64,000 nucleotides of DNA from Kiritimatiellia bacterium. GTDB lineage: Bacteria > Verrucomicrobiota > Kiritimatiellia > JAAZAB01. The stretch lies in assembly GCA_040767085.1 (NCBI GenBank), contig JAXGPF010000005.1:192001-256000 (forward strand), in the 5' to 3' direction. Positions 28,890 to 38,261 of this stretch are shown piece by piece (the stretch's first letter is position 1; each line of letters begins with the position of its first letter). The notes beneath the pieces were generated by a model. The model saw only the letters and a program-made list of their open reading frames with translations. It was not told where the DNA came from and searched no databases. Made by a program: the position numbers and the translations under genes.

Positions 28890-30161
28890 CTACCGGCGGA
28901 ATTGAACTTCGCGCTCGTAGCGCCTGATCTCGTCCAGCCAGGCAGGTCCAACCGGCACGTTCTGACGCAGGCAATGGCAGTCCCAGACCGCGCCGAACGG
29001 CAGGGATTTCAGTTCCTCCAGCATTGCCAGGCGCGCGGTGAAGTCGCCCCGCAACTCCAGCTTGCGCAACGTACCGGACGGCTCCAGCAATGCCAGCAAC
29101 AGGGCCTTGAGCATACCGCGCGCGCCGATGACCCAGGCCGCCACGCGGTTGATGCTGGCGTCAAAGAAATCCAGCCCGATATGCGCCCGCTCCAGGTAAT
29201 CGCCGCGGACGAGTTCCTCGGCCAGGGCGCGCAACTCATCGGTCAGAGTCGTCACGTGGTCGCTGTCCCAGCGCACGCCCCGGCTGACGTGCAGCAAAAC
29301 CTCGTCCAAACTGGTTAAAACCGCCGAAAGCTTATCCGCCACCGATTCGGTGGGATGGAAATGGCCGGTGTCCAGGCACAGCAATTTGCGGTGCGCGACG
29401 GCATACGCCAGGTAAAAATCATGGGAGCCAACCACGTACGATTCCGAACCCAGGCCGAACAGTTTGCCTTCCAGGGCGTCGCGCGCATGTTTCGGGGAAA
29501 CCGGCGCGGCGAAAATTTCGTCCAACGCCTCGCGCAGCCGCTCCCGCGGCGCGCGGCGGTCGGCCGGCGTGTCTTTCATGCCGTCGGGCACCCAGATATT
29601 GTTGATGCAAGGCGTGCCCAGCCGCCGTCCGATGGCGGCGCTGATGCGGCGGCTGGCCAAGGCGTGGCCGATCCAATAACGGCGGATGGCGCGATCGGCA
29701 TGGGCCAGGGTCATGCCGCTGGCCGCCAGCGGATGCGAGAAGAACGATCCGTTGAAATCAAGCCCCAGTTTATGGCGCGCGGCCCAATCCATCCAGCCGG
29801 CGAAATGCCGCGGCTCCAGGGCGTCGCGCTCGACCCGCCGGCCGCCGGTTTCGGCATAGATGGCATGCAGGTTGACGCGATGCCGGCCGGGAATCAGGGC
29901 CAGCGCCTGTTCCAGGTCGGCGCGCAACTCTCCGGCATTGCGCGCCTTGCCCGGATAATTACCGGTGGGCATCACGCCGCCGAGATCCCCGCCCGCATTC
30001 TCAAACCCCGCCACATCATCGCCCTGCCAGCAATGCATGGAAATGCTGATTTGCGCCAGGCGCTTCAAGACGCGGTCGGTGTTGACGCCCATGGCCGCGT
30101 ACATCTCGCGGGCATTGGCATAGGCTTGTTCGATTTTCCGGGATGCGGGCTGCTTGATCAT
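28890..30161 (-). CDS. rhaA: L-rhamnose isomerase
   Basis: [51 protein letters not shown] and DFFDASINR. Confidence 0.95.
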   Translation of the reverse strand: MIKQPASRKIEQAYANAREMYAAMGVNTDRVLKRLAQISISMHCWQGDDVAGFENAGGDLGGVMPTGNYPGKARNAGELRADLEQALALIPGRHRVNLHAIYAETGGRRVERDALEPRHFAGWMDWAARHKLGLDFNGSFFSHPLAASGMTLAHADRAIRRYWIGHALASRRISAAIGRRLGTPCINNIWVPDGMKDTPADRRAPRERLREALDEIFAAPVSPKHARDALEGKLFGLGSESYVVGSHDFYLAYAVAHRKLLCLDTGHFHPTESVADKLSAVLTSLDEVLLHVSRGVRWDSDHVTTLTDELRALAEELVRGDYLERAHIGLDFFDASINRVAAWVIGARGMLKALLLALLEPSGTLRKLELRGDFTARLAMLEELKSLPFGAVWDCHCLRQNVPVGPAWLDEIRRYEREVQFRR

Positions 30162-30337
30162 ATTGGGCCTCTCAGGTCGAACGAGTTAACCATCGATAAT
30201 GCTCCCAGCATTAAGGTTTGGGTTTGGGCATATCACAAAAGCAAAGCGGCGTCAAGCTTGCCTGATCCGAAGCCTTATCCAAATGGGGCCGTCGCCATCC
30301 AAAGCCAGACATTCCGGCGGGATGCGGCGGCAGAGGT

Positions 30338-30373
30338 AAAAAACGGGGCGGATTGCCCAGGCAATCCGCCCCG
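30338..30373 (-). terminator. Intrinsic terminator downstream of ppdK
   Basis: CGGGGCGGATTGC / GCAATCCGCCCCG stem followed by T6 on the minus strand. Confidence 0.85.
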
Positions 30374-30402
30374 CTCCATATCTAATTAATCCAACCTGCT
30401 GT

Positions 30403-33210
30403 TTATTTTTTCTTCCGGGCGGATAATGCCGCCTGGGCCGCCGCCAACCGGGCGATCGGCACGCGGTAAGGGCTGCAACTGACGTAATTCAACCCGTTAC
30501 GGAAGCAGAATTCAACTGAGCGCGGGTCGCCGCCCTGCTCGCCGCAAATGCCGATCTTCAGGTCCTTGCGGGTGCCGCGGCCCTTGCTCACAGCCATTTC
30601 GATCAACTGGCCGACACCGTCCTGGTCAATGGTCTGGAACGGATCGTCCTCCAGGATTTTTTTCTCCAGGTAATCGCCCATGAACCCGCCGATATCGTCG
30701 CGGCTGAAGCCGAAGCCCATCTGGGTCAGGTCGTTGGTGCCGAAGGAGAAAAATTCCGCTTCCTCCGCCATGCGGTTCGCCAGCAGGCAGGCGCGCGGAA
30801 TTTCGATCATCGTGCCGAAGGCATGGGGAATCTTGCGCAGCCCCAGCTTGCCCAGCACTTCATCGTAAACGCGCAGGCAAATCGCTTTCTGGTCGCGCAA
30901 CTCGCGCGCATCGCAGGTGACGGGAATCATGATTTCCGGCTTGCACTTCTTGCCGGCGTGGATCATCTCCCCGGCCGCCTCGAAAATGGCCCGGACCTGC
31001 ATCTCCGTCACTTCCGGATAAGTCACGCCCAGGCGCACCCCCCGGTGGCCCATCATGGGATTGGACTCATGCAACTGTTCCCCGCGTTTACGCACTTCTT
31101 CCGGGGTAATCCCCAGGCTGTTTGCCAGTTCGGCCTGCTTCTCGGCGCTCTGCGGCACGAACTCGTGCAGGGGCGGATCCAGCAGGCGGATCGTCACCGG
31201 CAAGCCTTCCATGGCTTCCAGGGTGCCCTTGATGGAGCGCTTGACGAAGGGGTACAGTTCATCCAACGCCCGCCGCCGTTCGGCGACGGTATGGCTGAGG
31301 ATCATCTTGCGCAGCAGGAAGAGCGGCTGATCGCTGCCCTGGCCGTAGAACATGTGTTCCGTGCGGAACAGTCCGATGCCTTCCGCGCCGAAATTCCGGG
31401 CATTGGCGGCGTCTTCCGGCGTATCGGCGTTGGTGCGCACGCCCAGGGTGCGGTGCTTGTCCACCATCTTCATGAATTTCTGGAAGCGCGGATTTTCCGT
31501 GGCGTCAATCATTTTCAACTGGCCGGCATACACGTAACCCCGCGTGCCGTTCAAGGTGAGGGCGTCGCCCTCGCCGAAGGTTTTCCCGCCGGCTTCCAGG
31601 GTGCGCGCAGCCGCATTGATATGCAGGGCGCTGGCGCCGACGATGCAGCACTTGCCCCAGCCGCGGGCCACCAGGGCGGCGTGGCTGGTCATCCCGCCGC
31701 GCGCGGTCAGAATGCCTTCGGCGGCGCGCATGCCTTCCACGTCTTCGGGATTGGTTTCTTCGCGCACCAGGATGACATGCTTGCCTTCCTTGGCCGCCTG
31801 CACGGCGGCGGCGGCGGTGAAGACGATCTGGCCGCAGGCGCCGCCCGGACCGGCCGGCAGCCCCTTCGCCAGCACGGCGGCGGTTTTTTCGGCCTGCGGA
31901 TCAACGATCGGGTGCAGCATTTCATCCAGTTGCGCGGGAGTGATCCGCATCACGGCTTCCCCCTCGCCGATCAGCCGTTCGCCGACCATGTCCATGGCCA
32001 TGTTCAACGCGGCGGTGCCGGTGCGTTTGCCGACGCGGCATTGCAGCATGTAGAGCCGGCCATCCTGGATGGTGAACTCGATGTCCTGCATGTCGCGGTA
32101 ATGCTTTTCCAGTTTCTTCTGGATGGCGTCCAGCTCGCGGTAAACCGCCGGCATGGCGGTTTCCAGCGATTCCAGCCCGGCGTTGTGTTCGCTCTTGGTG
32201 GCTTCGTTCAGCGGATTGGGCGTCCGGATGCCGGCGACGACGTCCTCGCCCTGCGCGTTCACCAGCCATTCGCCGTAAAACTTGTGTTCGCCGGTGGCGG
32301 GGTTGCGGCTGAAGGCCACGCCGGTGGCGGATGAGTCGCCCATGTTGCCGAACACCATCGCCTGCACATTGACGGCCGTGCCCCATTCATCCGGAATGCC
32401 TTCAATCCGGCGGTAAGCGATGGCGCGCTTGCCGTTCCAGCTTTTGAACACCGCGGCAATGCCGCCCCAAAGCTGTTCCATCGGGTCATCCGGAAAATCC
32501 TTGCCCAGCACCGCGCGCACGCGGGCCTTGAAGGCTTCGCAAAGCTGCTTGAGGTCTTCCGCGGTCAGGTCCGTGTCCTTGGCCACGCCCCGGCTGTGCT
32601 TCATTTCCGTCATCATGCCGTCAAGCTGCAGGCGGATGCCCTGCCCTTCCGCCGCCTCCACGCCTTCGGCCTTCTCCATCACAACGTCGGAATACATCAT
32701 GATCAGGCGCCGGTAGGCGTCATAGACAAACCGCTCGTTCTGCGTCTTGGCGATCAGGCCCGGAATGGTTTTGGGGCACAAGCCCACGTTCAAAACCGTT
32801 TCCATCATGCCCGGCATGGATTTGCGCGCGCCGCTGCGGCAGGAGACCAGCAGGGGGTTTTGCGGGTCGCCGAACCGCATGCCCATCAATTTTTCCGTTT
32901 TAGCCAGGGCGGCATCCACCTCTTTCTTCAAAGAGGACTGGAATTTCATGCGATTGCGGAAATAATCCACGCAACACTCGGTGGTGATGGTGAAACCGGC
33001 CGGCACCGGCAGACCCAGGCGGCACATTTCCGCCAGGTTGGCGCCCTTGCCTCCCAGCAGATTCTTCATTTCCGCACGGCCTTCCGTGGCGCCTTTGCCG
33101 GCGCCGAAAACGTAAACATATTTCACGGTTTTGGATGTCTTTTTGGCGGCGGCGGGTTTAGCGGCTTTCATTGCCTTGGTTTTAGGGGCGGTTTTTCCTT
33201 GCTTGGCCAT
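30403..33210 (-). CDS. ppdK: Pyruvate, phosphate dikinase
   Basis: GGKGANL, RSGA..SMPGMM, GGMTSHAA phospho-His, GIGLFRTEHMF, SFGTNDLTQ and ICGE. Confidence 0.97.
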   Translation of the reverse strand: MAKQGKTAPKTKAMKAAKPAAAKKTSKTVKYVYVFGAGKGATEGRAEMKNLLGGKGANLAEMCRLGLPVPAGFTITTECCVDYFRNRMKFQSSLKKEVDAALAKTEKLMGMRFGDPQNPLLVSCRSGARKSMPGMMETVLNVGLCPKTIPGLIAKTQNERFVYDAYRRLIMMYSDVVMEKAEGVEAAEGQGIRLQLDGMMTEMKHSRGVAKDTDLTAEDLKQLCEAFKARVRAVLGKDFPDDPMEQLWGGIAAVFKSWNGKRAIAYRRIEGIPDEWGTAVNVQAMVFGNMGDSSATGVAFSRNPATGEHKFYGEWLVNAQGEDVVAGIRTPNPLNEATKSEHNAGLESLETAMPAVYRELDAIQKKLEKHYRDMQDIEFTIQDGRLYMLQCRVGKRTGTAALNMAMDMVGERLIGEGEAVMRITPAQLDEMLHPIVDPQAEKTAAVLAKGLPAGPGGACGQIVFTAAAAVQAAKEGKHVILVREETNPEDVEGMRAAEGILTARGGMTSHAALVARGWGKCCIVGASALHINAAARTLEAGGKTFGEGDALTLNGTRGYVYAGQLKMIDATENPRFQKFMKMVDKHRTLGVRTNADTPEDAANARNFGAEGIGLFRTEHMFYGQGSDQPLFLLRKMILSHTVAERRRALDELYPFVKRSIKGTLEAMEGLPVTIRLLDPPLHEFVPQSAEKQAELANSLGITPEEVRKRGEQLHESNPMMGHRGVRLGVTYPEVTEMQVRAIFEAAGEMIHAGKKCKPEIMIPVTCDARELRDQKAICLRVYDEVLGKLGLRKIPHAFGTMIEIPRACLLANRMAEEAEFFSFGTNDLTQMGFGFSRDDIGGFMGDYLEKKILEDDPFQTIDQDGVGQLIEMAVSKGRGTRKDLKIGICGEQGGDPRSVEFCFRNGLNYVSCSPYRVPIARLAAAQAALSARKKK

Positions 33211-33572
33211 TGTAAATATCCTTTTATTAATGGTTTATAAGCCTTCCCGCCGCGCCTGACGCGCGCCGGCCGGGGATGCTGAGAATCCTGCTGCGTTACC
33301 TTGCCTTGCCGCGCGGGCTTTCGCCAGTCCGGTATGCAGGCAAAGTTCTATAATTAATACCAGAATCAACGCCCGGGTCAATCAAAATCGGATGGTCCAA
33401 ATCGGATGGTCCAATCCCGTTGGTTGGCGGTTCGCCAACATGTTCAGCATTAAACTTGACAACCATTATCTGTTTGATTAATTATCGCACAAGTGTTTAC
33501 CGCCAATGCCGGCGGCTGAACATCCTTGTCACTGCAAACGATCCAATTCCGGCCATGCAAGAGGATTAATTT

Positions 33573-36500
33573 ATGCCGCGCACAAACCAACAGCAGATGG
33601 GGCTTGATTCCAAAGGCCAGACGACACGGCAATCCATGCGGATGATCAGCGCCGGCGCGATAGCCTTGCTCCTGGCCATGCCGGCGCATGCAGCGACATT
33701 GACCGTGGCGAATCTGAACGACAGCGGAGCCGGGTCTTTGCGGCAATGCCTCCAGGCAAGCGGCGCGGGCGATATTATCGAATTCGATGACAGTTTGTCG
33801 GGCACGCTGCTGCTGGCCGGCGGCTCGCTGAATATCACATCGGACGTGGCGATCATCGGCCCGGGCGCCGCTGTCATTGCCATCAGCGGGAATGATGCCA
33901 ACCGCATTTTCACAGCCACCAACGCGAGTCCTTTCATCAGCGGATTGGCCTTCACCGATGGATACGCGAGCGATGGGCGGAATGGCGGCGCCCTTTACCA
34001 GCAAGGCGGAGCAGCCATTTTCTCCAACTGTGTCTTCCGGAATAACCGCGCCATCGGCGTGAATGGACAGGCCGGCGGGTGCGGCGGCGCCATTTATGTT
34101 ACAAATGGCGAAATCGCGGCGCATGCATGTATTTTCAGCAATAACGCCGCCGTGGGGCCGGCCGGAACACCGCAGGATTCGGCTTATTATTCCGGCGGCG
34201 GCGGCGGCGGCGCGGGCCTGGGCGGAGCGTTATACGTTGCAAACGGCGCCGGCACGCTGACTGATTGCGTTTTAGTTTCAAACAGCATCACCGGCGGCGC
34301 CGGCGGCAATGGCGCATCGGGCGGGACGGAGGATGGCGGGCATGGCGGCGGGCCGGCCGGCGGCGCGGGCGGCATCCTCAGCCATCTGGACGGATACGAC
34401 GGCGGCGAATTCAGCGGCGGCGGCGGCGGCAAAAGCCCCAATGGCACTGCCACAAAAGGCGGCAACGGCGGGTTCGGCGGCGGCGGCGGCGGCGCGGGCT
34501 CATATAATCCTTCCGGTCCCGGCGGGACTGGCGGCGCTTATGCCGGCAACGGCGGGGCCTCCTATTCGTCCGGCGGCGGCGGCGGCGGCGGCGGCGCGGG
34601 GTTGGGCGGGGCGGTTTTTATTCAAGATGGCCAACTCACATGCCACAACGTTGTATTTGCCGACAACTCCGCCATGGGCGGCAGCGGCGGCACTTGCTAT
34701 GGTTCTCCCAGCGGCGGCAACGGCCAGGGCATGGGCGGGGCAATCCTGCTGCATCGCGCCACGGCGGACCTGCAATTGACCGTCTTCTCCAATAACTATC
34801 CCAACGCGGCCGACGAGTTAATCATCCTCGGCACGAATGGCGGGGCAATCCTGAACGGCGAACCGGCCAATGCTGAAAAAGGCACGGACTTCGGAACGCG
34901 CATCGCCGGATCCGTTGTAACGAATGTGCTGACACTTTCCAATGCCTGCGCCAATAGCCTTGCCATCGGCAATGTAACCACCAGCGGAACCGGCGCGGCT
35001 TTTTTCAGCGTGGCGGTTTTGCCGGCAAATTTGCCCGCCGGCGCCGCCAGCAATCTCATGGTTATTTACCAGCCGGCCGCCGCCGGCTACCACACCTGCT
35101 CCATCAGCATCTCCAACTCGTCCCTGCTTGGCTGCAATTTAATCAATCTGGCCGGCACCGTGGAGAAAGCCGAACAGGCGGCGCTGATATTCAATCCCGC
35201 GGCCACCCAGGTTTATAACACCTCCCAGGGCTTGCGCGTTACCGGCGGTTCCGGCGCGGGCGCGGTGAGTTTCACGGTGCTTTCCGGGCCCGGCCAGATC
35301 ACCGGCGGCACAAACCTTGTCGTTACCGCCGGCGCCGGCGCCGTGCTGGTGCGCGCGGCCAAAGCGGCCGACGCCCTGTATAATGCGCGCGCCGTGACGG
35401 CGCAAGTCGTTTGCGTGAAATCTTCGCAGACCATCGTTTTCCCGGCGATTTCAGACAAGATTCTGACAAACGTGGTTGCGCTTTCCGCCACGGCAAGTTC
35501 GGGGCTGCCCGTGAAATTCGCCGTAGTCCGCGGGCCGGGACAGATCGCCAATAACTCCACGCTGGCCTTTACCGGCACCGGGACGGTGGTGGTGACCGCG
35601 CGGCAACCCGGCAATGCGAACTGGAACGCATCGGCGACGGCGAGCAATACGGTGCGCGTGCTGCCGGTGCCGCTCGGATCCCTGCAAGTCGTGTTATTGC
35701 CGGCGGAAGCCGTGGCGATCGGCGCCATGTGGCGCGTGGATAGCGGCGCGTGGCGCACGAGCGGGACGGTGATTACCGGCCTGGCCGCGGGCGCACATAC
35801 GGTGAGTTTCAAAGCGGTGGCCGGGTATAACACCCCGGGCAATCAGGCAGTGAATATCCAGAACCATTTGCTGTCCGCGCTGGAAAAACAATACACGCTT
35901 ACCGCAGGCGATGCGCGCTATACGCCGGTGGCGGCCGATTATGATGGCGACGGCCTGGCCGATCCGGGGGTTTACCGGACCTCCGACGGCAGTTGGCGCT
36001 GGCGCATGTCCAACAACAATTATAACTGGTTCAGATATGACGGCGCCTTCGGCAGGCACAGTTGCACCCCGGTGGCCGCCGATTTCGACGGGGATGGTCT
36101 CGCGGACATGGGCTTGTACAATGCCACCAACGGAGAATGGCGCGCCTTGCTTTCTGCCACCGGCTACCGCGAAATCGTCATGCCCGGCGCATTTGGCGGC
36201 CCGGGGTGGGCGGCGCTGGCGGCTGACTTCGACGGCGACCTCAAGGCCGATCCGGCGGTGTATCATCCCGCAACAGGTGATTGGAAGATACGGCTTTCGA
36301 CCCAGGCGTACCAGCCATCCACCTACAGCAAATTACTGGGCGGTACCGGGTTCACGGCCGCGGCGGAGGATATTGACGGCGACGGCCTGGCTGATCCATG
36401 CGTCTGCAACATGGCAACCGGCCAATGCAAGGCGCTGCAGTCGAGCCGGAATTACGGCTTGTTGTATACGGGCGCGGGATATCTGGGCTCGCCGGGGTAT

Positions 36501-36638
36501 TTATTCATGCTGTCGGATTTTGACGGCGACGGATTCCCGGATCCGGCAATCTGCGACCCGGCAACCGGCACGGTGAAAGCGCGTTTGTCAAACTCCGGTT
36601 ATGAGATGCAGACCTTGGCCGGTTTTTTAAAACCGTAA
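33573..36638 (+). CDS. Large secreted/surface protein: Gly-rich beta-helix region, Ig-like domains, C-terminal FG-GAP repeats
   Basis: Signal peptide, DSGAGSLR motif, poly-Gly repeats, and five DxDGDxxxD repeats; the true start may be slightly downstream (~33636). Confidence 0.8.
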   Translation: MPRTNQQQMGLDSKGQTTRQSMRMISAGAIALLLAMPAHAATLTVANLNDSGAGSLRQCLQASGAGDIIEFDDSLSGTLLLAGGSLNITSDVAIIGPGAAVIAISGNDANRIFTATNASPFISGLAFTDGYASDGRNGGALYQQGGAAIFSNCVFRNNRAIGVNGQAGGCGGAIYVTNGEIAAHACIFSNNAAVGPAGTPQDSAYYSGGGGGGAGLGGALYVANGAGTLTDCVLVSNSITGGAGGNGASGGTEDGGHGGGPAGGAGGILSHLDGYDGGEFSGGGGGKSPNGTATKGGNGGFGGGGGGAGSYNPSGPGGTGGAYAGNGGASYSSGGGGGGGGAGLGGAVFIQDGQLTCHNVVFADNSAMGGSGGTCYGSPSGGNGQGMGGAILLHRATADLQLTVFSNNYPNAADELIILGTNGGAILNGEPANAEKGTDFGTRIAGSVVTNVLTLSNACANSLAIGNVTTSGTGAAFFSVAVLPANLPAGAASNLMVIYQPAAAGYHTCSISISNSSLLGCNLINLAGTVEKAEQAALIFNPAATQVYNTSQGLRVTGGSGAGAVSFTVLSGPGQITGGTNLVVTAGAGAVLVRAAKAADALYNARAVTAQVVCVKSSQTIVFPAISDKILTNVVALSATASSGLPVKFAVVRGPGQIANNSTLAFTGTGTVVVTARQPGNANWNASATASNTVRVLPVPLGSLQVVLLPAEAVAIGAMWRVDSGAWRTSGTVITGLAAGAHTVSFKAVAGYNTPGNQAVNIQNHLLSALEKQYTLTAGDARYTPVAADYDGDGLADPGVYRTSDGSWRWRMSNNNYNWFRYDGAFGRHSCTPVAADFDGDGLADMGLYNATNGEWRALLSATGYREIVMPGAFGGPGWAALAADFDGDLKADPAVYHPATGDWKIRLSTQAYQPSTYSKLLGGTGFTAAAEDIDGDGLADPCVCNMATGQCKALQSSRNYGLLYTGAGYLGSPGYLFMLSDFDGDGFPDPAICDPATGTVKARLSNSGYEMQTLAGFLKP

Positions 36639-36671
36639 TGCGCGGCGTGCAATTTTCAGACGGCAGGTTGC

Positions 36672-37325
36672 TCATACCCCACGCCGGCGCGCCGGCCAGA
36701 GTATTTTATGCCATTGGAGATTAAGGCGCACCGGCAGGCCATCCCTTAAAATCCACCCCGCCAGTCGGGCTGGCGGCAGGCGGCCGGCCACGGGGCTGAA
36801 CAGCACCGCGGCGCACCGGCGTTCCAAACGGTGTTTGGCCACCAAGGCGCGCGCCCAATCGTAATCGGCGCGGCCGGCGAGCACGAATTTGACTTCATCG
36901 TGCGGGCGCAACCGTTTCAGATTTTCCCAGTCCATGGCGTGCGCCTGGCCGCTGGCCGGCGTTTTGATGTCCATGATCACCACGGCCTCCGCTGGAACCG
37001 CGCTGATATCGCAACTGCCGTTGGTCTCCAGCAGCACTCGGCCATGCCGGCCCAGCCGCCGCAACAACGCCGGCGCCGTCGGCTGCAGCAACGGCTCGCC
37101 GCCCGTCACCTCGGCCAGGCGCAGCCGGCTGGCGCGGAAAGACTGCGCCAGCGCCGCCACTGTAACACGCCGCCCGCGCGTCCGGCGGGCGTAAGCGGTA
37201 TCGCAATAGTTGCAATCCAGGTTGCAGCCGGCCAGGCGGATGAAGAAACAGGGCATTCCGGCCCGGGTGGATTCGCCCTGGATGGAAGCAAAAACCTCGC
37301 AGACATTGACAGCCGGCGTCATCAT
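36672..37325 (-). CDS. queE: 7-carboxy-7-deazaguanine synthase
   Basis: FASIQGE, GCNLDCNYCDT, TGGEPL, LETNG and QWHKILW; coupled to queD. Confidence 0.92.
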   Translation of the reverse strand: MMTPAVNVCEVFASIQGESTRAGMPCFFIRLAGCNLDCNYCDTAYARRTRGRRVTVAALAQSFRASRLRLAEVTGGEPLLQPTAPALLRRLGRHGRVLLETNGSCDISAVPAEAVVIMDIKTPASGQAHAMDWENLKRLRPHDEVKFVLAGRADYDWARALVAKHRLERRCAAVLFSPVAGRLPPARLAGWILRDGLPVRLNLQWHKILWPARRRGV

Positions 37326-37693
37326 TCCTCCCAGTAAACCGCGGAGGTGCCGGGAGTCTCGCTGACGCGCACACGGTGGAGGCGGCAGAATGCGTCATTC
37401 AACTGGGCGGACAGACGCTGGTAAAGATGGCGGGCGATATGTTCCGCCGTCGGATTAACATCTTCAAACGCCGGCAAGTGATTCAGGTCCTGGTGGTCCA
37501 ACTCCGCCAGAATCTCCCGCAGGGCCCCGCGGATTTCCTTGAAATCAGCCAGCACGCCGACCTCGTCCGTCTGGCCCCCCCGCAGAAATACTTCGACTTC
37601 CCAGTTATGGCCGTGGGGATTGCAGCATTGCCCATCGTAACCCTCCAGGTGATGCGCGCCGCAAAAACTTTCTTTGACGCTGATTTCAAACAT
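37322..37693 (-). CDS. queD: 6-carboxytetrahydropterin synthase
   Basis: AHHL, CCNPHGHNW, DF, LDHQDLN, NPTAEH and SETP motifs. Confidence 0.93.
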   Translation of the reverse strand: MFEISVKESFCGAHHLEGYDGQCCNPHGHNWEVEVFLRGGQTDEVGVLADFKEIRGALREILAELDHQDLNHLPAFEDVNPTAEHIARHLYQRLSAQLNDAFCRLHRVRVSETPGTSAVYWEE

Positions 37694-37768
37694 GGCTCGC
37701 TCCTGCGTTACCCCACGCGCGATAATCTTTCCGGATGCGGAAGGTTGAAGGTTTAAGATCCCGCAAGC

Positions 37769-37797
37769 ATATTAAGCCCAAACGCCAAACCTGTCAA
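37769..37797 (-). promoter_or_regulatory. Sigma70 promoter for queD-queE
   Basis: TTGACA, 17 bp, TAATAT on the minus strand. Confidence 0.7.
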
Positions 37798-37996
37798 CGG
37801 CCAGCATCGCGGCGGACCCGGGGCGGGTGTAAGGCAAATTTGTTGATGATTTGTGTAAACTTTAATTTCACGGCGGATTTCAGTGTAATTTATGAGTCCG
37901 CTATAGATACAATCCTTCGAATTCCGATAATTTCGGCCAGGTACACCATCCTGGCCGAAATTGGGCCACCGTGTTGCGAATTTCGCTCCCCGAGCC

Positions 37997-38224
37997 TAGC
38001 GAGGGGTTCGAAAAGACAAGGCAAGTTTGGGGTGGATGCGTGGGCGCAGGGGGTGACGCTAACCCCACTGGAAAGCGGGGCAAGTCTCATGCTTGTCCCG
38101 CCGCAGGCGGGAATTGCGTCACCACTTGCAACCACGCCCGCAGGGTCCGCGCAGCGGACAGACACCCCGAAGAAAGCCTGTACGGCTCGCACTCGCCGCC
38201 GTCCTTTTCGAACGGAATTCGCTA
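37997..38224. other. 228-bp highly structured element with imperfect terminal inverted repeats (MITE-like or ncRNA)
   Basis: TAGCGA...GTTCGAAAAG and CTTTTCGAAC...TCGCTA ends, nested stems and several side hairpins; intergenic. Confidence 0.55.
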
Positions 38225-38261
38225 CGCATCCCTACCACCGCACTACCCCAACTAATTTGTC

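Noticed and set aside
36672-37693. 7-deazaguanine DNA-modification (dpd) system or preQ1 riboswitch
   Set aside because: Only queD and queE are present, with no dpdA/tgt-like genes, and no preQ1 motif is recognisable in the leader; ordinary queuosine synthesis is the simpler reading.
38170-38195. Group II intron or retron remnant (minus-strand GTGCG...GAGCCGTAC)
   Set aside because: No complete domain V/VI and no reverse transcriptase in the window.
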